Shown: piece after piece, positions 39,353 through 51,322 of the stretch
How positions within the stretch are numbered: the stretch's first letter is position 1
Layout: each line of letters starts with the position of its first letter
Assembly (NCBI GenBank): GCA_965219085.1
Contig: OZ244720.1
Span: forward strand, 2,912,001-2,976,000
Source of the DNA: Dehalococcoidia bacterium
Lineage (GTDB): Bacteria > Chloroflexota > Dehalococcoidia > UBA2979
Direction of reading: 5' to 3'
DNA: 64,000 nucleotides
Notes under the pieces: model-generated
Told to the model about the DNA's origin: nothing
Database searches by the model: none
What the model saw: only the letters and a program-made list of their open reading frames with translations
Position numbers and translations under genes: made by a program

Positions 39353-39868
39353 TCAGCTACCTACGTCCTGCGAGCGCTCCAGCGCCGTGACCCGCTGGCG
39401 CACTTCCCCGATGTCTTCGCGCATCGCGCCGATCCCCACCTCGATGATGCCGGCGAGGGTGCTGACCTGCGCCGAAAGTGTGCGCACGCGCTCTGGGAGC
39501 GGTTCTAGCGCATCGACTCGCTCGGTCAGAGCGCGCATCTGCCCTGGGAGCGGCCGGAGCGCGGTGACTTCTTCGGACAGCGCCTGCATCTGCTCTGGGA
39601 GCAGTTGTAGCGCATCGACTCGCTCGGTCAGAGCGCGCATCTGCTCTGGGAGCGGCCGGAGCGTAGCGACTTCTTCGGACAGCGCGCGCATCTGCTCTGG
39701 GAGCAGTTGTAGCGCATCGACTCGCTCGGTCAGAGCGCGCATCTGCCCTGGAAGTGGCCGGAGCGTGGCGACTTCTTCGGACAGCGCCCGCATCTGCTCC
39801 CTGAGCGGCGCTATCTCTTCACGAATCGCGATCCGCAACGCGTCGTTCAGACTGCCGTCAGACGTCAA
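39353..39868 (-). CDS. Coiled-coil protein with tandem 17-aa repeats
   Basis: GGGAG SD before TTG 39868; six 17-aa units in an open frame. Confidence 0.65.
   Translation of the reverse strand: MTSDGSLNDALRIAIREEIAPLREQMRALSEEVATLRPLPGQMRALTERVDALQLLPEQMRALSEEVATLRPLPEQMRALTERVDALQLLPEQMQALSEEVTALRPLPGQMRALTERVDALEPLPERVRTLSAQVSTLAGIIEVGIGAMREDIGEVRQRVTALERSQDVGS
39494..39799. repeat. Coding tandem repeat, 6 x 51 bp in alternating A/B order (102-bp superperiod)
   Basis: A = [17 protein letters not shown] = [16 protein letters not shown]; DNA copies are near-identical. Confidence 0.9.
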
Positions 39869-39980
39869 TGTGCTCGTCTCCCTGCATCCGAGGTGGGAGC
39901 GGACGTTGTGGGGTTTGTGCACGATAGCACAAACATTCAAGCGCCGTCCCACCCAGCACCCCCCGTCGTACAATGACCCC

Positions 39981-42068
<2,088 letters not shown>

Positions 42069-42087
42069 AGGTCGGGTGCTCGACCCG

Positions 42088-42375
42088 TCAGGCCTCTGCG
42101 GTCACGTTGAAGCGCGACTCCAGCCCTCGACGCGCAATCACGCGGTCGATGAGTGGGTGCAGATCCGGCTTCGCGCCGGAGACGTTGACCGACCCGTACT
42201 TCTCAGAGAGTCGACCGAACAGTTCGTCGAGAAACGATGGACTCGCGGCTTCGACGCCGGTGAGGTCCAGCACCAGGGCGTCGACGCTGGACGACGGCGT
42301 GAGCCCTTGAACGATCGATTGGGCTCGCGGGCGTGTCGCGAAGGATGAACCCTCATCGCCCAACCTGACCTGCAT
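42088..42375 (-). CDS. STAS-like (DUF4325) protein
   Basis: ATRPRA...VLDLTGVEAASPSFLDELFG; GGGAGG SD. Confidence 0.75.
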   Translation of the reverse strand: MQVRLGDEGSSFATRPRAQSIVQGLTPSSSVDALVLDLTGVEAASPSFLDELFGRLSEKYGSVNVSGAKPDLHPLIDRVIARRGLESRFNVTAEA

Positions 42376-42437
42376 CGTCGTCCTCCCGCGTGCTGGGGCT
42401 GCACCATACACCCGGACTCATGGGCCCATCGACCACG

Positions 42438-43304
42438 CTAGGAGACCCCCGCTGGAATCGAAACCGTCAGCAGAGTTCCGGGGTAGACGCTGGCCGTATG
42501 GGTCGCGACCCGCCCCGACTCCGCAGTGACTGTCACGAGGCCACGGCCGGAGTGGATGACGAGTTGCCGCCGGGGTTCCTGCACCAGGCGCTCGATCTCC
42601 GCGAGCCCGATGCCCCTGTGCGGATCGCCGGTACCCGAGACGCCTTCGTCGAGAGCGCGCATGATCGCCTCTCGATCGTCGTTCACCCCGAGGGAAGCCG
42701 CTATCCCCCGGCCTGCGTCGGCGATGGCGATTTCGATGAACCACGAGCGGCCAGAGGCCGGTCGGCGCTCTCTGAGTTGGGCTAGCGCGAAACCGCCTTC
42801 GGGGGAATCGGAATGCTCGACCGCGTTGTTCGCAGCCTCGGCGAGCGCGTCGTGCGCCTCGCGATTGAGTGGAGGGCTGACCTGCCTGCTGGCTCCGAAC
42901 TCTGTCATGAGCTCGTTCGCGATCCCCTCTACTTCGTTGTGGGTCTTGAAGTTCATAGCGCGAATGATGGGGTGGTATCGCCTCACTGCCGCCGCTGGTT
43001 CAGAAGTCCGCGTGACGTCCGTGAACGTCTCGAGCGCATCTACGAACCCGACAGTTTCGAGCATTCTGAGTGGGTAGGGCGCGCTCGGTTGAACGATCTC
43101 GATTTCATGGCCTTGACGATGAAGCTTGCCCAGCACAGCGAGCAAGCCTACGACCGGGGTCGGCGTGACGTATCGCCACCGCGAAAGATCGATGACTATC
43201 GGCCGCCCATCCGCCGGAACATCACCAAGGTTCCAGTCACGACAGGAAGCGATCGACTGCATTTGCGAGGGGGCGATGAACCGGAGGGGAGTGCTCATCG
43301 TCAC
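42438..43304 (-). CDS. GHKL/HATPase_c ATP-binding protein with N-terminal STAS-like region
   Basis: N box EAANNAVEHS, G1 IADAGRGI, G2 RGIGL; N-terminal IVIDLSRWRYVTP. Confidence 0.75.
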   Translation of the reverse strand: MTMSTPLRFIAPSQMQSIASCRDWNLGDVPADGRPIVIDLSRWRYVTPTPVVGLLAVLGKLHRQGHEIEIVQPSAPYPLRMLETVGFVDALETFTDVTRTSEPAAAVRRYHPIIRAMNFKTHNEVEGIANELMTEFGASRQVSPPLNREAHDALAEAANNAVEHSDSPEGGFALAQLRERRPASGRSWFIEIAIADAGRGIAASLGVNDDREAIMRALDEGVSGTGDPHRGIGLAEIERLVQEPRRQLVIHSGRGLVTVTAESGRVATHTASVYPGTLLTVSIPAGVS

Positions 43305-43313
43305 TAGGCTCGG

Positions 43314-45803
43314 CTACCCCTCCCCCTCACGCCCAACCCCTGCCACCGGCGCAGCCGCCGCTTCCGAGGTCTCGTCACCCGCGTCATCGTCCCCGAGGAG
43401 GACGGGGCGGGAGCCGCCGCCACCCTCCGGCGCGCCGACGATGCCACGCTCCTCGAGCTCGTCCATCACGCGCGCGGCGCGCGGGTAACCGATGCGCAGC
43501 CGGCGCTGGAGCAGCGACGTCGAGAGTTGGGTGTGGTCGCGGGCGAGTTGCAGCGCCTCGGTCACCATCGGGTCCACGTCGGGAGGCGGCCCCCCGGGCA
43601 CGAGGTCGGCCGCCGTCTCCTCGGCCTCGGCGAGGAGGTCGTCGAAGCGCGGGGGTCGCAGCGACTCGAAGCGGCCCGCCGTCCAGAAAGCGACGACGGA
43701 CTCGATCTCCTCGTCGGAGACATAGACGCCCTGGAGGCGCGTCGGCTTCCCCTGGTCCTTCGGCTGGTACAGCATGTCGCCCTTGCCGAGCAGCTTCTCC
43801 GCTCCCCCGCCGTCGAGGATCGTGCGTGAGTCCACCTGCGAGGAGACCGCGAAGGCGATCCGCGTCGGGAAGTTCGCCTTGATCAGGCCCGTGACCACGT
43901 CGACCGAGGGCCGCTGCGTCGCCACCACCAGGTGGATGCCTGTCGCGCGCGCGAGCTGTGCGAGGCGCACGAGCTGGTGCTCCACCTGGTACGGCGCGGC
44001 GAGCATCAGGTCCGCGAGCTCGTCGATGACCACGACCCAGTACGGGAGCGCGTGCTCCTCGTCGCGCTCGTTGTAGGTCTCGATGTTGCGCACGCCGACC
44101 TTGGCGAACGCGCGGTAGCGCGTCTCCATCTCCTGGATCACCGCCTGGAGCGTGCCGACCACCTTGTCCATGTCGACCACGATGTCGCTGAAGGCGAGGT
44201 GCGGGATGTCCGCGAACGCCGTCAGCTCGACGCGCTTCGGGTCGACGAGCACGAGCCGGAGCTGTTCCGGCGAGTAGTTCATGAGCAGGCAGGCGATGAT
44301 CGAGTTGAGACACACCGACTTGCCCGAACCGGTCGCGCCGGCGATGAGCAGGTGCGGCATGTCGGCCAGGTCCGTCACCGCCTCGGCGCCTGCAACACCC
44401 GAGCCCAGCGCGATCGGCAGGTGGTACTTCTGCGCCGCCTGCTCGAACCCTGGCGACTCGAGCATGCTGCGCAGCGACACGACCGAGGTGTGTCCGTTCG
44501 GCACCTCGATCCCGACGATGGACTTGCCCGGCACGGGCGCCTCGATGCGCAGCGCGGGCGCGGCCAGCGCCAGCGCCAGGTCATGCTGAAGCGATGTGAT
44601 GCGGCTGACGCGCACGCGCGTCCGCGACACCTCGATCTCCTTGGTCCGCGGCTGACCGTCGTCGTCGAGGATGGGCTTGCCGTCGGCGTCGCGCTCCTCG
44701 ACGGTCTTGGTGCGCACGTTCCAGCCGGGCTCGACGCCGAACTGCGTGACGGCGGGCCCCTCGTTGATCTGGGTCACGGCGGAGTCGACGCCGAACGAGG
44801 CGAGGGTCTCCACGATCAGCTCCGCGCGCCGCTCGTTGCTATGGGCCGCGGGCGCGGCGGGTTCGATCTTGCGGAGCAGGTCCATCGGCGGGAGCTGCCA
44901 GCCGTCGGTCGAGTGCCGCCAGGCGGCGGCCTCGTGTTCCATGTCCATCGGGATCTGCACGGCCGGGCGGTCCGAGTCGTCGTCATCCTCGGCCTGCTCC
45001 TCCTCGTCGGGGACGTCGAGGCTGGCCGGCGCCGGGGCTTCGTCTGCGCCCGTGTCGGCCTCGTTGGCGACAGCGGCGGCAGCCGCGGCACTCCCGTTCG
45101 CGACCGAGGCAGCGTGGCGGGCGCGCAGGGCCGCGATCTCGGCTGCGTTCGGCACGTCCGACTCGCCGACGCGCTTCACGCTCGCGACGAGCGCGGCGAG
45201 GGTCTGCCGCGGGCCGTGACGCCACACCCACACGCTCGTGCGGATGCTCGCGCGCGGCGTCGCACGGGCGATCCGCGCGGACGTGCGCGGCCACAGCAAC
45301 GTGAAGCCCGCGCACGCCGCCAGGAGCCACCCGAGGCCGGCGAGGGTGCTGCCGCTCAGCCAGCGGCCGGCCTCGCCGCCCGCGGAGGCTGCATCGAGGC
45401 CGACGCCGCCAATCACGACGTCGGGCCGCCAGAGGCCCAGCAAGCCGCTGCTGAAGACGAGCAGCAGCGCGGCGCCGAGCAGGTGACGCTCGCGGTGGCG
45501 CAGCCAGCGCAGGCGTCGCGTCGCGACAAGTGCGCCGAGGGCCGCGAGCAGCGCGACGAGCGTGAAGACGTGGATGCCCAAGAACTCGACGAATCCATCG
45601 CGCGCACTCGCGAGCACGTCCGCGACAGGGACTGCGTCGAGGGGCAGCAGGTAGATGAGGATCGCGGCGGCTGCAACGACGAGCGCGCCGCCGGTGGTCT
45701 CGGAGCGTACGACGCGTCGCAGGCGTCGGGTCCAGGGGGTGCGGGCCTTCGCGGTGCGAGTCGCCGCGGGGCGCGTGGATGGGCGGGTCTTCGTTCGGGC
45801 CAT
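43314..45803 (-). CDS. ftsK: DNA translocase FtsK
   Basis: N-terminal TMs, MPHLLIAGATGSGKS, DELADLM, ATQRPS, gamma domain LQRRLRIGYPRAAR. Confidence 0.96.
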   Translation of the reverse strand: MARTKTRPSTRPAATRTAKARTPWTRRLRRVVRSETTGGALVVAAAAILIYLLPLDAVPVADVLASARDGFVEFLGIHVFTLVALLAALGALVATRRLRWLRHRERHLLGAALLLVFSSGLLGLWRPDVVIGGVGLDAASAGGEAGRWLSGSTLAGLGWLLAACAGFTLLWPRTSARIARATPRASIRTSVWVWRHGPRQTLAALVASVKRVGESDVPNAAEIAALRARHAASVANGSAAAAAAVANEADTGADEAPAPASLDVPDEEEQAEDDDDSDRPAVQIPMDMEHEAAAWRHSTDGWQLPPMDLLRKIEPAAPAAHSNERRAELIVETLASFGVDSAVTQINEGPAVTQFGVEPGWNVRTKTVEERDADGKPILDDDGQPRTKEIEVSRTRVRVSRITSLQHDLALALAAPALRIEAPVPGKSIVGIEVPNGHTSVVSLRSMLESPGFEQAAQKYHLPIALGSGVAGAEAVTDLADMPHLLIAGATGSGKSVCLNSIIACLLMNYSPEQLRLVLVDPKRVELTAFADIPHLAFSDIVVDMDKVVGTLQAVIQEMETRYRAFAKVGVRNIETYNERDEEHALPYWVVVIDELADLMLAAPYQVEHQLVRLAQLARATGIHLVVATQRPSVDVVTGLIKANFPTRIAFAVSSQVDSRTILDGGGAEKLLGKGDMLYQPKDQGKPTRLQGVYVSDEEIESVVAFWTAGRFESLRPPRFDDLLAEAEETAADLVPGGPPPDVDPMVTEALQLARDHTQLSTSLLQRRLRIGYPRAARVMDELEERGIVGAPEGGGGSRPVLLGDDDAGDETSEAAAAPVAGVGREGEG

Positions 45804-45907
45804 GGTGATGCTCCCGGTCCGGCCGTCCCCCGCCAGCGACGCCGGTACCTTCGAGGCTGGACTACACCTCCGTCGTTCGCCTCCCTCGGCGGGCGTCGTC
45901 GCCCGCG

Positions 45908-47569
45908 CTAGACCTCCACCGTGACCGGCAGCACCAGCGGCCGGCGGTGGGTCTCCTTGTAGAGGTGGCTTGCCACCTCGTCCTTCAGTCTCTCACGCAT
46001 GCTCGTCCAGTCGAGTTGGCGCCCCTCCCCGCCGAACAGGTCGACGACGAGGCGGCGCACGCCCTCGATCATGTCGGCCTCGTCGTCGGGGCTGACGAAG
46101 CCGTGCGACATCACCTCGGGCACGCCGGCCAGCGTGCCGTGCTGGCGGTGGATCGCCGCCACGACGACGAGCATGCCGTCCGACGCCAGGTGCTGGCGGT
46201 CGCGCAGCACGATCTGGTCGATATCGCCCACGCCGAGGCCGTCGACGTAGACGTAGTCCGCCGGGACGCTGTCGGCGACGTAGGCCTCGTCCTCGGTGAT
46301 CTCCAGCACGTCACCGTCCGTGAGCACGAAGGCGTCCTCGGGGTGCATGCCGAGGTCGAGTGCGAGCTCGCGATGATGCACCAGGTGGCGGTGCTCGCCG
46401 TGGATGCCGACGAAGTACTGCGGCTGGACCAGGCTGTGGACGATCTTCAACTCCTCGCGCGCAGCGTGCCCGCGCACGTGCACGGGCGCGATCAGGCTGT
46501 AGATGACCTTCGCGCCCGCGCGGTACAGGTTGTCGATGTTGCGGTAGACGAGCGCCTCGTTGCCCGGGATGGGGCTCGAGGAGAGGACGACGGTGTCGCC
46601 CTCCTGCACGGTGACGTGCTGGTGGGTGCCGTTCGCCATGCGCGTCAGCGCCGATGTGGGCTCGCCCTGCGCGCCGGTGCTGATCACGATCGTGCGTCTG
46701 TCCGGGTGGTCACGCATCTCGCGCGGGTTCATGAGCAGGTTGTCGCCCGCTTCGAGGTAGCCGAGCTCGCGCGCCATGCGCACGTTGTTGACCATCGAGC
46801 GGCCTGTCACGAAGACGCGGCGGCCGTGCTTCTCAGCGGCGTCGATCACCATCTGCACGCGCGAGATCAGCGAGGCGAACGTCGCCACGATGACGCGGCC
46901 CTCGGCCTCCCCGATCACCCGGTCGAGCGTTTCGGCGACGGTCTGCTCCGAGGGGGTGTGGCCCTCGATCTCCGCGTACGTCGAGTCGGCGGCGAGCAGC
47001 AGCGCACCCTCGCGGCCGACCTCGGCGAGGCGCATGAGGTCGGTGTGTTGCCCCATGGGGGGCGTGTGGTCGAGCTTGAAGTCGCCGGTGTGGACGATGG
47101 GCCCGCGCGGCGTCCCGATGATCAGCCCGGCCGCGTCCGGGATGGAGTGCGCGACCGCGAAGAACTCGACGGAGAACGGGCCGACGTTGATCGTCTGGCC
47201 CGGCTCCACGACCTGGACGTGCGTGTCGTCGCTCAGGCGGTGCTCACGCAGCTTGACGTCGACGAGGCCGCGCGTGAGCCGGGTGCAGAACACCGGCACG
47301 TTGACCTCACGCAGCAGGAACGGCAGCGCGCCGATGTGGTCCTCGTGGCCGTGGGTGAGGAACACCGCCTGCAGGCGCGAGGGGTCGTCGAGGATGTACT
47401 CGAAGTCCGGGATCACGAGGTCGACGCCGAGCATCTCCTCCTCGGGGAACATCAGCCCCACGTCGACGGCGATCGCCTGATCGTCGTACTCGTAGAGCAT
47501 CATGTTGCGCCCGATCTCGCCGAGGCCGCCGAGCGGGATCATGCGGACGGGCAGGGTGTCGTCGGTCAT
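45908..47569 (-). CDS. rnj: Ribonuclease J
   Basis: PLGGLGEIGRNM, THGHEDHIG, HTGDFK, QGEP. Confidence 0.95.
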   Translation of the reverse strand: MTDDTLPVRMIPLGGLGEIGRNMMLYEYDDQAIAVDVGLMFPEEEMLGVDLVIPDFEYILDDPSRLQAVFLTHGHEDHIGALPFLLREVNVPVFCTRLTRGLVDVKLREHRLSDDTHVQVVEPGQTINVGPFSVEFFAVAHSIPDAAGLIIGTPRGPIVHTGDFKLDHTPPMGQHTDLMRLAEVGREGALLLAADSTYAEIEGHTPSEQTVAETLDRVIGEAEGRVIVATFASLISRVQMVIDAAEKHGRRVFVTGRSMVNNVRMARELGYLEAGDNLLMNPREMRDHPDRRTIVISTGAQGEPTSALTRMANGTHQHVTVQEGDTVVLSSSPIPGNEALVYRNIDNLYRAGAKVIYSLIAPVHVRGHAAREELKIVHSLVQPQYFVGIHGEHRHLVHHRELALDLGMHPEDAFVLTDGDVLEITEDEAYVADSVPADYVYVDGLGVGDIDQIVLRDRQHLASDGMLVVVAAIHRQHGTLAGVPEVMSHGFVSPDDEADMIEGVRRLVVDLFGGEGRQLDWTSMRERLKDEVASHLYKETHRRPLVLPVTVEV

Positions 47570-47585
47570 CGTACGTTCACTCGAT

Positions 47586-48302
47586 TCACAGCAGTGCGCG
47601 CTGCTCGGACGCCGGGAGCGGCGCCGCAGCGGCAATAGGGGCGTCGGCGTCCGCCGGGGTGTCCGAGGGCCCCTCGTCGCGGAGCGCTCGCGCCTCGTCG
47701 AGGAGTGCGGGGATACGCGCAAAGTCGGCGGCGATGACCGCCCGCAGGTCGCCGCGACGGAGCGCGGCGGCCGGGTGGAACATCGGCATGACGAGGCGGT
47801 TGTCGAAGCGCTGCGGCTGGCCGTGGATGCGGCTGATGGTCTTGCCCGGGAACCAGCGCGCCATCGAGAAGCGGCCGAGCGTCACGATCAGCAACGGGTC
47901 GACGAGCGCGATCTGACGTTCGAGGTAGGGCTGACAGGCGGCGATCTCCTCGGGCTGCGGGTCGCGGTTGCCGGGCGGCCGGCACTTCACGACGTTCGCG
48001 ATGTGCACCGTCTCGCGCGACATGCCGATGTCGCCGAGCAGTTCGTCGAGGAACCGCCCGGCCGCGCCGACGAACGGGAGGCCCTGCTCGTCCTCGCGCG
48101 CTCCTGGCGCCTCGCCGATGCACATCACCTCGGTGGGCGCGGGGCCGGAGCCGGGCACGGTCTGCGTGCGCGTGCGCGCGAGCCCGCACGCGGGGCAGTC
48201 GGCGATCTCCTCGTAGAGCTCGACGAGCGCGGGCGTGCCCGTGCGCCGCGCGCCCTCGATGGCGGGCGAAGCGTAGGCGGGGTCGGCGGTCGAGTCCGTC
48301 AT
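47586..48302 (-). CDS. Uracil-DNA glycosylase family 4
   Basis: CPACGL, GEAPG, PFVGAAG, KCRPPGNR, HPAA. Confidence 0.92.
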   Translation of the reverse strand: MTDSTADPAYASPAIEGARRTGTPALVELYEEIADCPACGLARTRTQTVPGSGPAPTEVMCIGEAPGAREDEQGLPFVGAAGRFLDELLGDIGMSRETVHIANVVKCRPPGNRDPQPEEIAACQPYLERQIALVDPLLIVTLGRFSMARWFPGKTISRIHGQPQRFDNRLVMPMFHPAAALRRGDLRAVIAADFARIPALLDEARALRDEGPSDTPADADAPIAAAAPLPASEQRALL

Positions 48303-48380
48303 ACATCGCCATCCTAGCATGTCCGGGCGTGGGAACGGTGCTATTGCGTATGCAGATGATCGCACTGGTCAACGGCGCGA

Positions 48381-49160
48381 CTACCCGCGCGGCCGCACGA
48401 TCCAGGCGAGCCCGATACCGAAGGCGTAGAGGATGATCATCGGTCCCGCGACCAGCGACTGCGTCACCGGGTCGATCGTCGGGGTCGCGATCGCCGAGAC
48501 GACGAAGGCGCCGATGATCGCGATGCGCCACCAGCCGAGCAGCCGCCGCCAGTGCACGACGCGTATCCTCGCGAGGCCCATGATCAGGATCGGCATCTCG
48601 AAGACGAACCCGAGGAGCACGAGCAGCCGCAGTGTCAGGTCCATGTAGCTGCTGATCCGCGGCTCCGGCGCGGCGAGCTCGCTCCCGAACTGGAAGAGGA
48701 AGCTGTAGGCCGCCGGCAACACGACGAAGTAGCAGAAGGCCAGGCCGGTCAGGAACGCCAGCGAGGCGCCCAGGGCGATCGGGTAGAGCCAGCGCTTCTC
48801 CTGCTTCGTGAGTGCGGGGGCCACGAAGCGCATCGTCTGGTAGACGAGCACAGGCATCGCTACGGCCATGCCGCACGCCAGGGCGATGCGGAAATAGACG
48901 CCGAGGTTCTCCAGCGGGTCGACCTGAGTCGGCCTGAAGCCGGGGACGTCCGACGCCGGTTCGAGCAGGATCTCCCAGATGGCGAAGTTGATCGGGGGCG
49001 CGAAGAAGACGCCCATCCCGACGACGATCGCGCCGGCCATCCAGGTGACGCGGGAGCGAAGCTCCAGGAGGTGACCCAGCAGGGTCATCTCGCCGCCGGT
49101 CTCCTCGGGCGGCGGGTCGGGTGGCTCGGAAGGGGGGTCGGGGTCGACGGACGTGACCAT
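48381..49160 (-). CDS. tatC: Twin-arginine translocase TatC
   Basis: HLLELR, FVAPALTKQEK, FEMP, TPTIDP. Confidence 0.93.
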   Translation of the reverse strand: MVTSVDPDPPSEPPDPPPEETGGEMTLLGHLLELRSRVTWMAGAIVVGMGVFFAPPINFAIWEILLEPASDVPGFRPTQVDPLENLGVYFRIALACGMAVAMPVLVYQTMRFVAPALTKQEKRWLYPIALGASLAFLTGLAFCYFVVLPAAYSFLFQFGSELAAPEPRISSYMDLTLRLLVLLGFVFEMPILIMGLARIRVVHWRRLLGWWRIAIIGAFVVSAIATPTIDPVTQSLVAGPMIILYAFGIGLAWIVRPRG

Positions 49161-49165
49161 CAACG

Positions 49166-49654
49166 CTACTCGTCGCCGGAGCGGCGTTCAGTGTCTGTTG
49201 GGTCTTCCTCGTCGCCGGCGGGCAGTTCGCGAGGCGTCTGCAGCGCGCCGGCCGGCGCCGAGGGCGTAGCGGGTGCGGCAGTGGTGGCCGGGGTGGTGGC
49301 CAGGCCACTCCGAGGTGCGGACCGCTGCGTCGGCTCGGCGCTCGAGATGGCCTCGCTCGTGGAGCGCCCGATGTCGCGCAGCTCGCTGCGGGTCTCCGCG
49401 ACGGTGTTCTGGATGCCCTCGCTCAGTTCGGCGCCGACGGCCTCGAGCTCTTCCTTCTGCGCCTCGACCTCGGCCTCGAGCTCCTGGATGGCGCCGCGCA
49501 CGTCGTTGGTGACCTCGGTCGCGTAGCGCCGGGCCATGCGGTAGTAGCGCCCGCCCTGGCGGGCGATCTCCGGGAAGCGCTGCGGGCCCACGACGATGAG
49601 CGTGATCACGAAGACCACGAGCGCTTCGGCAGCCCCGACGCCTAAGAGTTCCAT
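49166..49654 (-). CDS. tatB: Twin-arginine translocase TatB/TatA-family subunit
   Basis: GAAEALVV...VVGPQRFP TM-hinge, amphipathic helix, adjacent to tatC. Confidence 0.8.
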   Translation of the reverse strand: MELLGVGAAEALVVFVITLIVVGPQRFPEIARQGGRYYRMARRYATEVTNDVRGAIQELEAEVEAQKEELEAVGAELSEGIQNTVAETRSELRDIGRSTSEAISSAEPTQRSAPRSGLATTPATTAAPATPSAPAGALQTPRELPAGDEEDPTDTERRSGDE

Positions 49655-49748
49655 GGTGTGTTGATGATACGCCCGGCGGGCGTCAGCGGATCGCACCAGG
49701 CGCGCGCCGGGCGGCCGGACCGCCCGAGGCGACCTGTCGCGTGCGGCG

Positions 49749-50006
49749 CTAGTCCTCGATGCCGAGGTCGTGCAGGAAGTCGATCGCGTCCTGCACGGTC
49801 TGGATCTTCTCGGCGTCCTCGTCGGAGATCTCGATGTCGTTGCCCTCGCCGGAAAACTCCTCTTCGAGCGACATAATCAGCTCGACCAGGTCCAGTGAGT
49901 CTGCGTTCAGGTCGTCGACGAACGACGCGTTCGGCGTCACGTCCGCCTCCTCCACGCCCAGCTGTTCGACGATCATCTCGCGCACGCGCTCGTAGGTGGT
50001 TGGCAC
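49749..50006 (-). CDS. acpP: Acyl carrier protein
   Basis: [12 protein letters not shown] phosphopantetheine site. Confidence 0.96.
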   Translation of the reverse strand: MPTTYERVREMIVEQLGVEEADVTPNASFVDDLNADSLDLVELIMSLEEEFSGEGNDIEISDEDAEKIQTVQDAIDFLHDLGIED

Positions 50007-50065
50007 TGTCTCATCCTCTCGCGTGCGGCTGCCTTCGGCCGCGACGAATGCAGGTTATCCGAGTC

Positions 50066-50515
50066 TCACTCCGGGGTCTGCCCCTGGGCGACCTCCGGCT
50101 CTGGCTGCTGCGCTCCGGCGATGGATCCCAGCACGCCGTGTACGAACCGGCCGGAGGACTCAGAGCCGTAGCCCTTGGCGAGTTCCACCGCCTCGTTGAT
50201 CACGACGGCCACCGGAGCGCGCCGATTATCGAAGCAGATCTCGAAGATGGCAAGGCGCAACACGTTGCGGTCGACGGGCGCCATCTCCCCCAGCGGGAAC
50301 GCGGGCGCGCGCTCCCCGATCATCGCGTCGATTTCCGGCAGGTGCTGGCCGACGCCGTCGACGAGCTCCCGCACGAAGCCCGACGCCTCCTCGGAGAGGC
50401 CGGTCTCGTCGAGGTGCCGGGCGAGGACGTCCACCGGCTCGTGGCCGGACTGGTCGGCTTCGTACAGCGCCTGGAAGGCGATGATGCGCGAGCGGCGTCG
50501 CGATCCGGTCGGCAT
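50066..50515 (-). CDS. nusB: Transcription antitermination factor NusB
   Basis: RRRSR..AFQALY, DRNVLRL, INEAVELAK, FVHGVL. Confidence 0.95.
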   Translation of the reverse strand: MPTGSRRRSRIIAFQALYEADQSGHEPVDVLARHLDETGLSEEASGFVRELVDGVGQHLPEIDAMIGERAPAFPLGEMAPVDRNVLRLAIFEICFDNRRAPVAVVINEAVELAKGYGSESSGRFVHGVLGSIAGAQQPEPEVAQGQTPE

Positions 50516-50552
50516 GGCTGCTACAAGCCCGCCCGGGCGCGCGGGCGCGCCG

Positions 50553-51317
50553 TCATCGCATCACGAGCCCGCCGTCGACGTGCAACGTCTGGCCGGTGAT
50601 GTACGCGGCGCCGTCCGAGGCGAGGAACGCGACCAGCGGCGCGATGTCCTCGGGCGTTGCGTGGCGGCCCAGCGGGACCATGTTGAGGATGGCGTTCTTC
50701 TGGTCTTCGGTCAGGTGCGCCGTCATGTCCGTCTCCACGAACCCCGGTGCGACCGAGTTCACCGTCACGTTGCGCGAGGCGACCTCGCGCGCGACAGAGC
50801 GCGTGAAGCCGATGATGCCGGCCTTGGCGGCGGAGTAGTTCGCCTGCCCGGCGTTGCCCATGGCCGCCACCACCGAGGTGATGTTGATCACCCGCCCCCA
50901 GCGCGCGCGCGTCATCTGGCGCAGCGCCAGCCGGGTCGCATGGAAGGTGCCGGTCAGGTTCGTCTCGACGACCTTGTGCCATGCCTCGTCGGTCATGCGC
51001 ATCACGAGCCCGTCGTCGGTCACGCCCGCGTTGTTCACGAGGATGTCGACGCCGCCGTGCGCCTGCCGCGCCTCCTGGAAGAGCTGTTCGAGGTCTTCCT
51101 TGTTGCGCACGTCGACGCGCACGGTCGAAGACTCGGTGCCGATGTTGCGCAGGTCGCCGGCGACGGCGTTCGCGAGGAGTTCCTCGCTGCGGTAGGTGAT
51201 GATCACGCGCGCGCCCTGGCGCCCGAGCTCCATGGCGATGGCGCGGCCGATGCCGCGCGCGCCCCCGGTGACCACGGCCGTGCGCCCGGCGAGCGCGAGG
51301 TCCGCCTGCGGGCTCAT
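50553..51317 (-). CDS. fabG: 3-oxoacyl-ACP reductase
   Basis: TGGARGIG, NNAG, GNAGQANYSAAK. Confidence 0.93.
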   Translation of the reverse strand: MSPQADLALAGRTAVVTGGARGIGRAIAMELGRQGARVIITYRSEELLANAVAGDLRNIGTESSTVRVDVRNKEDLEQLFQEARQAHGGVDILVNNAGVTDDGLVMRMTDEAWHKVVETNLTGTFHATRLALRQMTRARWGRVINITSVVAAMGNAGQANYSAAKAGIIGFTRSVAREVASRNVTVNSVAPGFVETDMTAHLTEDQKNAILNMVPLGRHATPEDIAPLVAFLASDGAAYITGQTLHVDGGLVMR

Positions 51318-51322
51318 GGCGT

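Noticed and set aside
39494-39799. 51/102-bp repeats as CRISPR or an ncRNA array
   Set aside because: The units are contiguous, have no spacers and keep an amphipathic reading frame.
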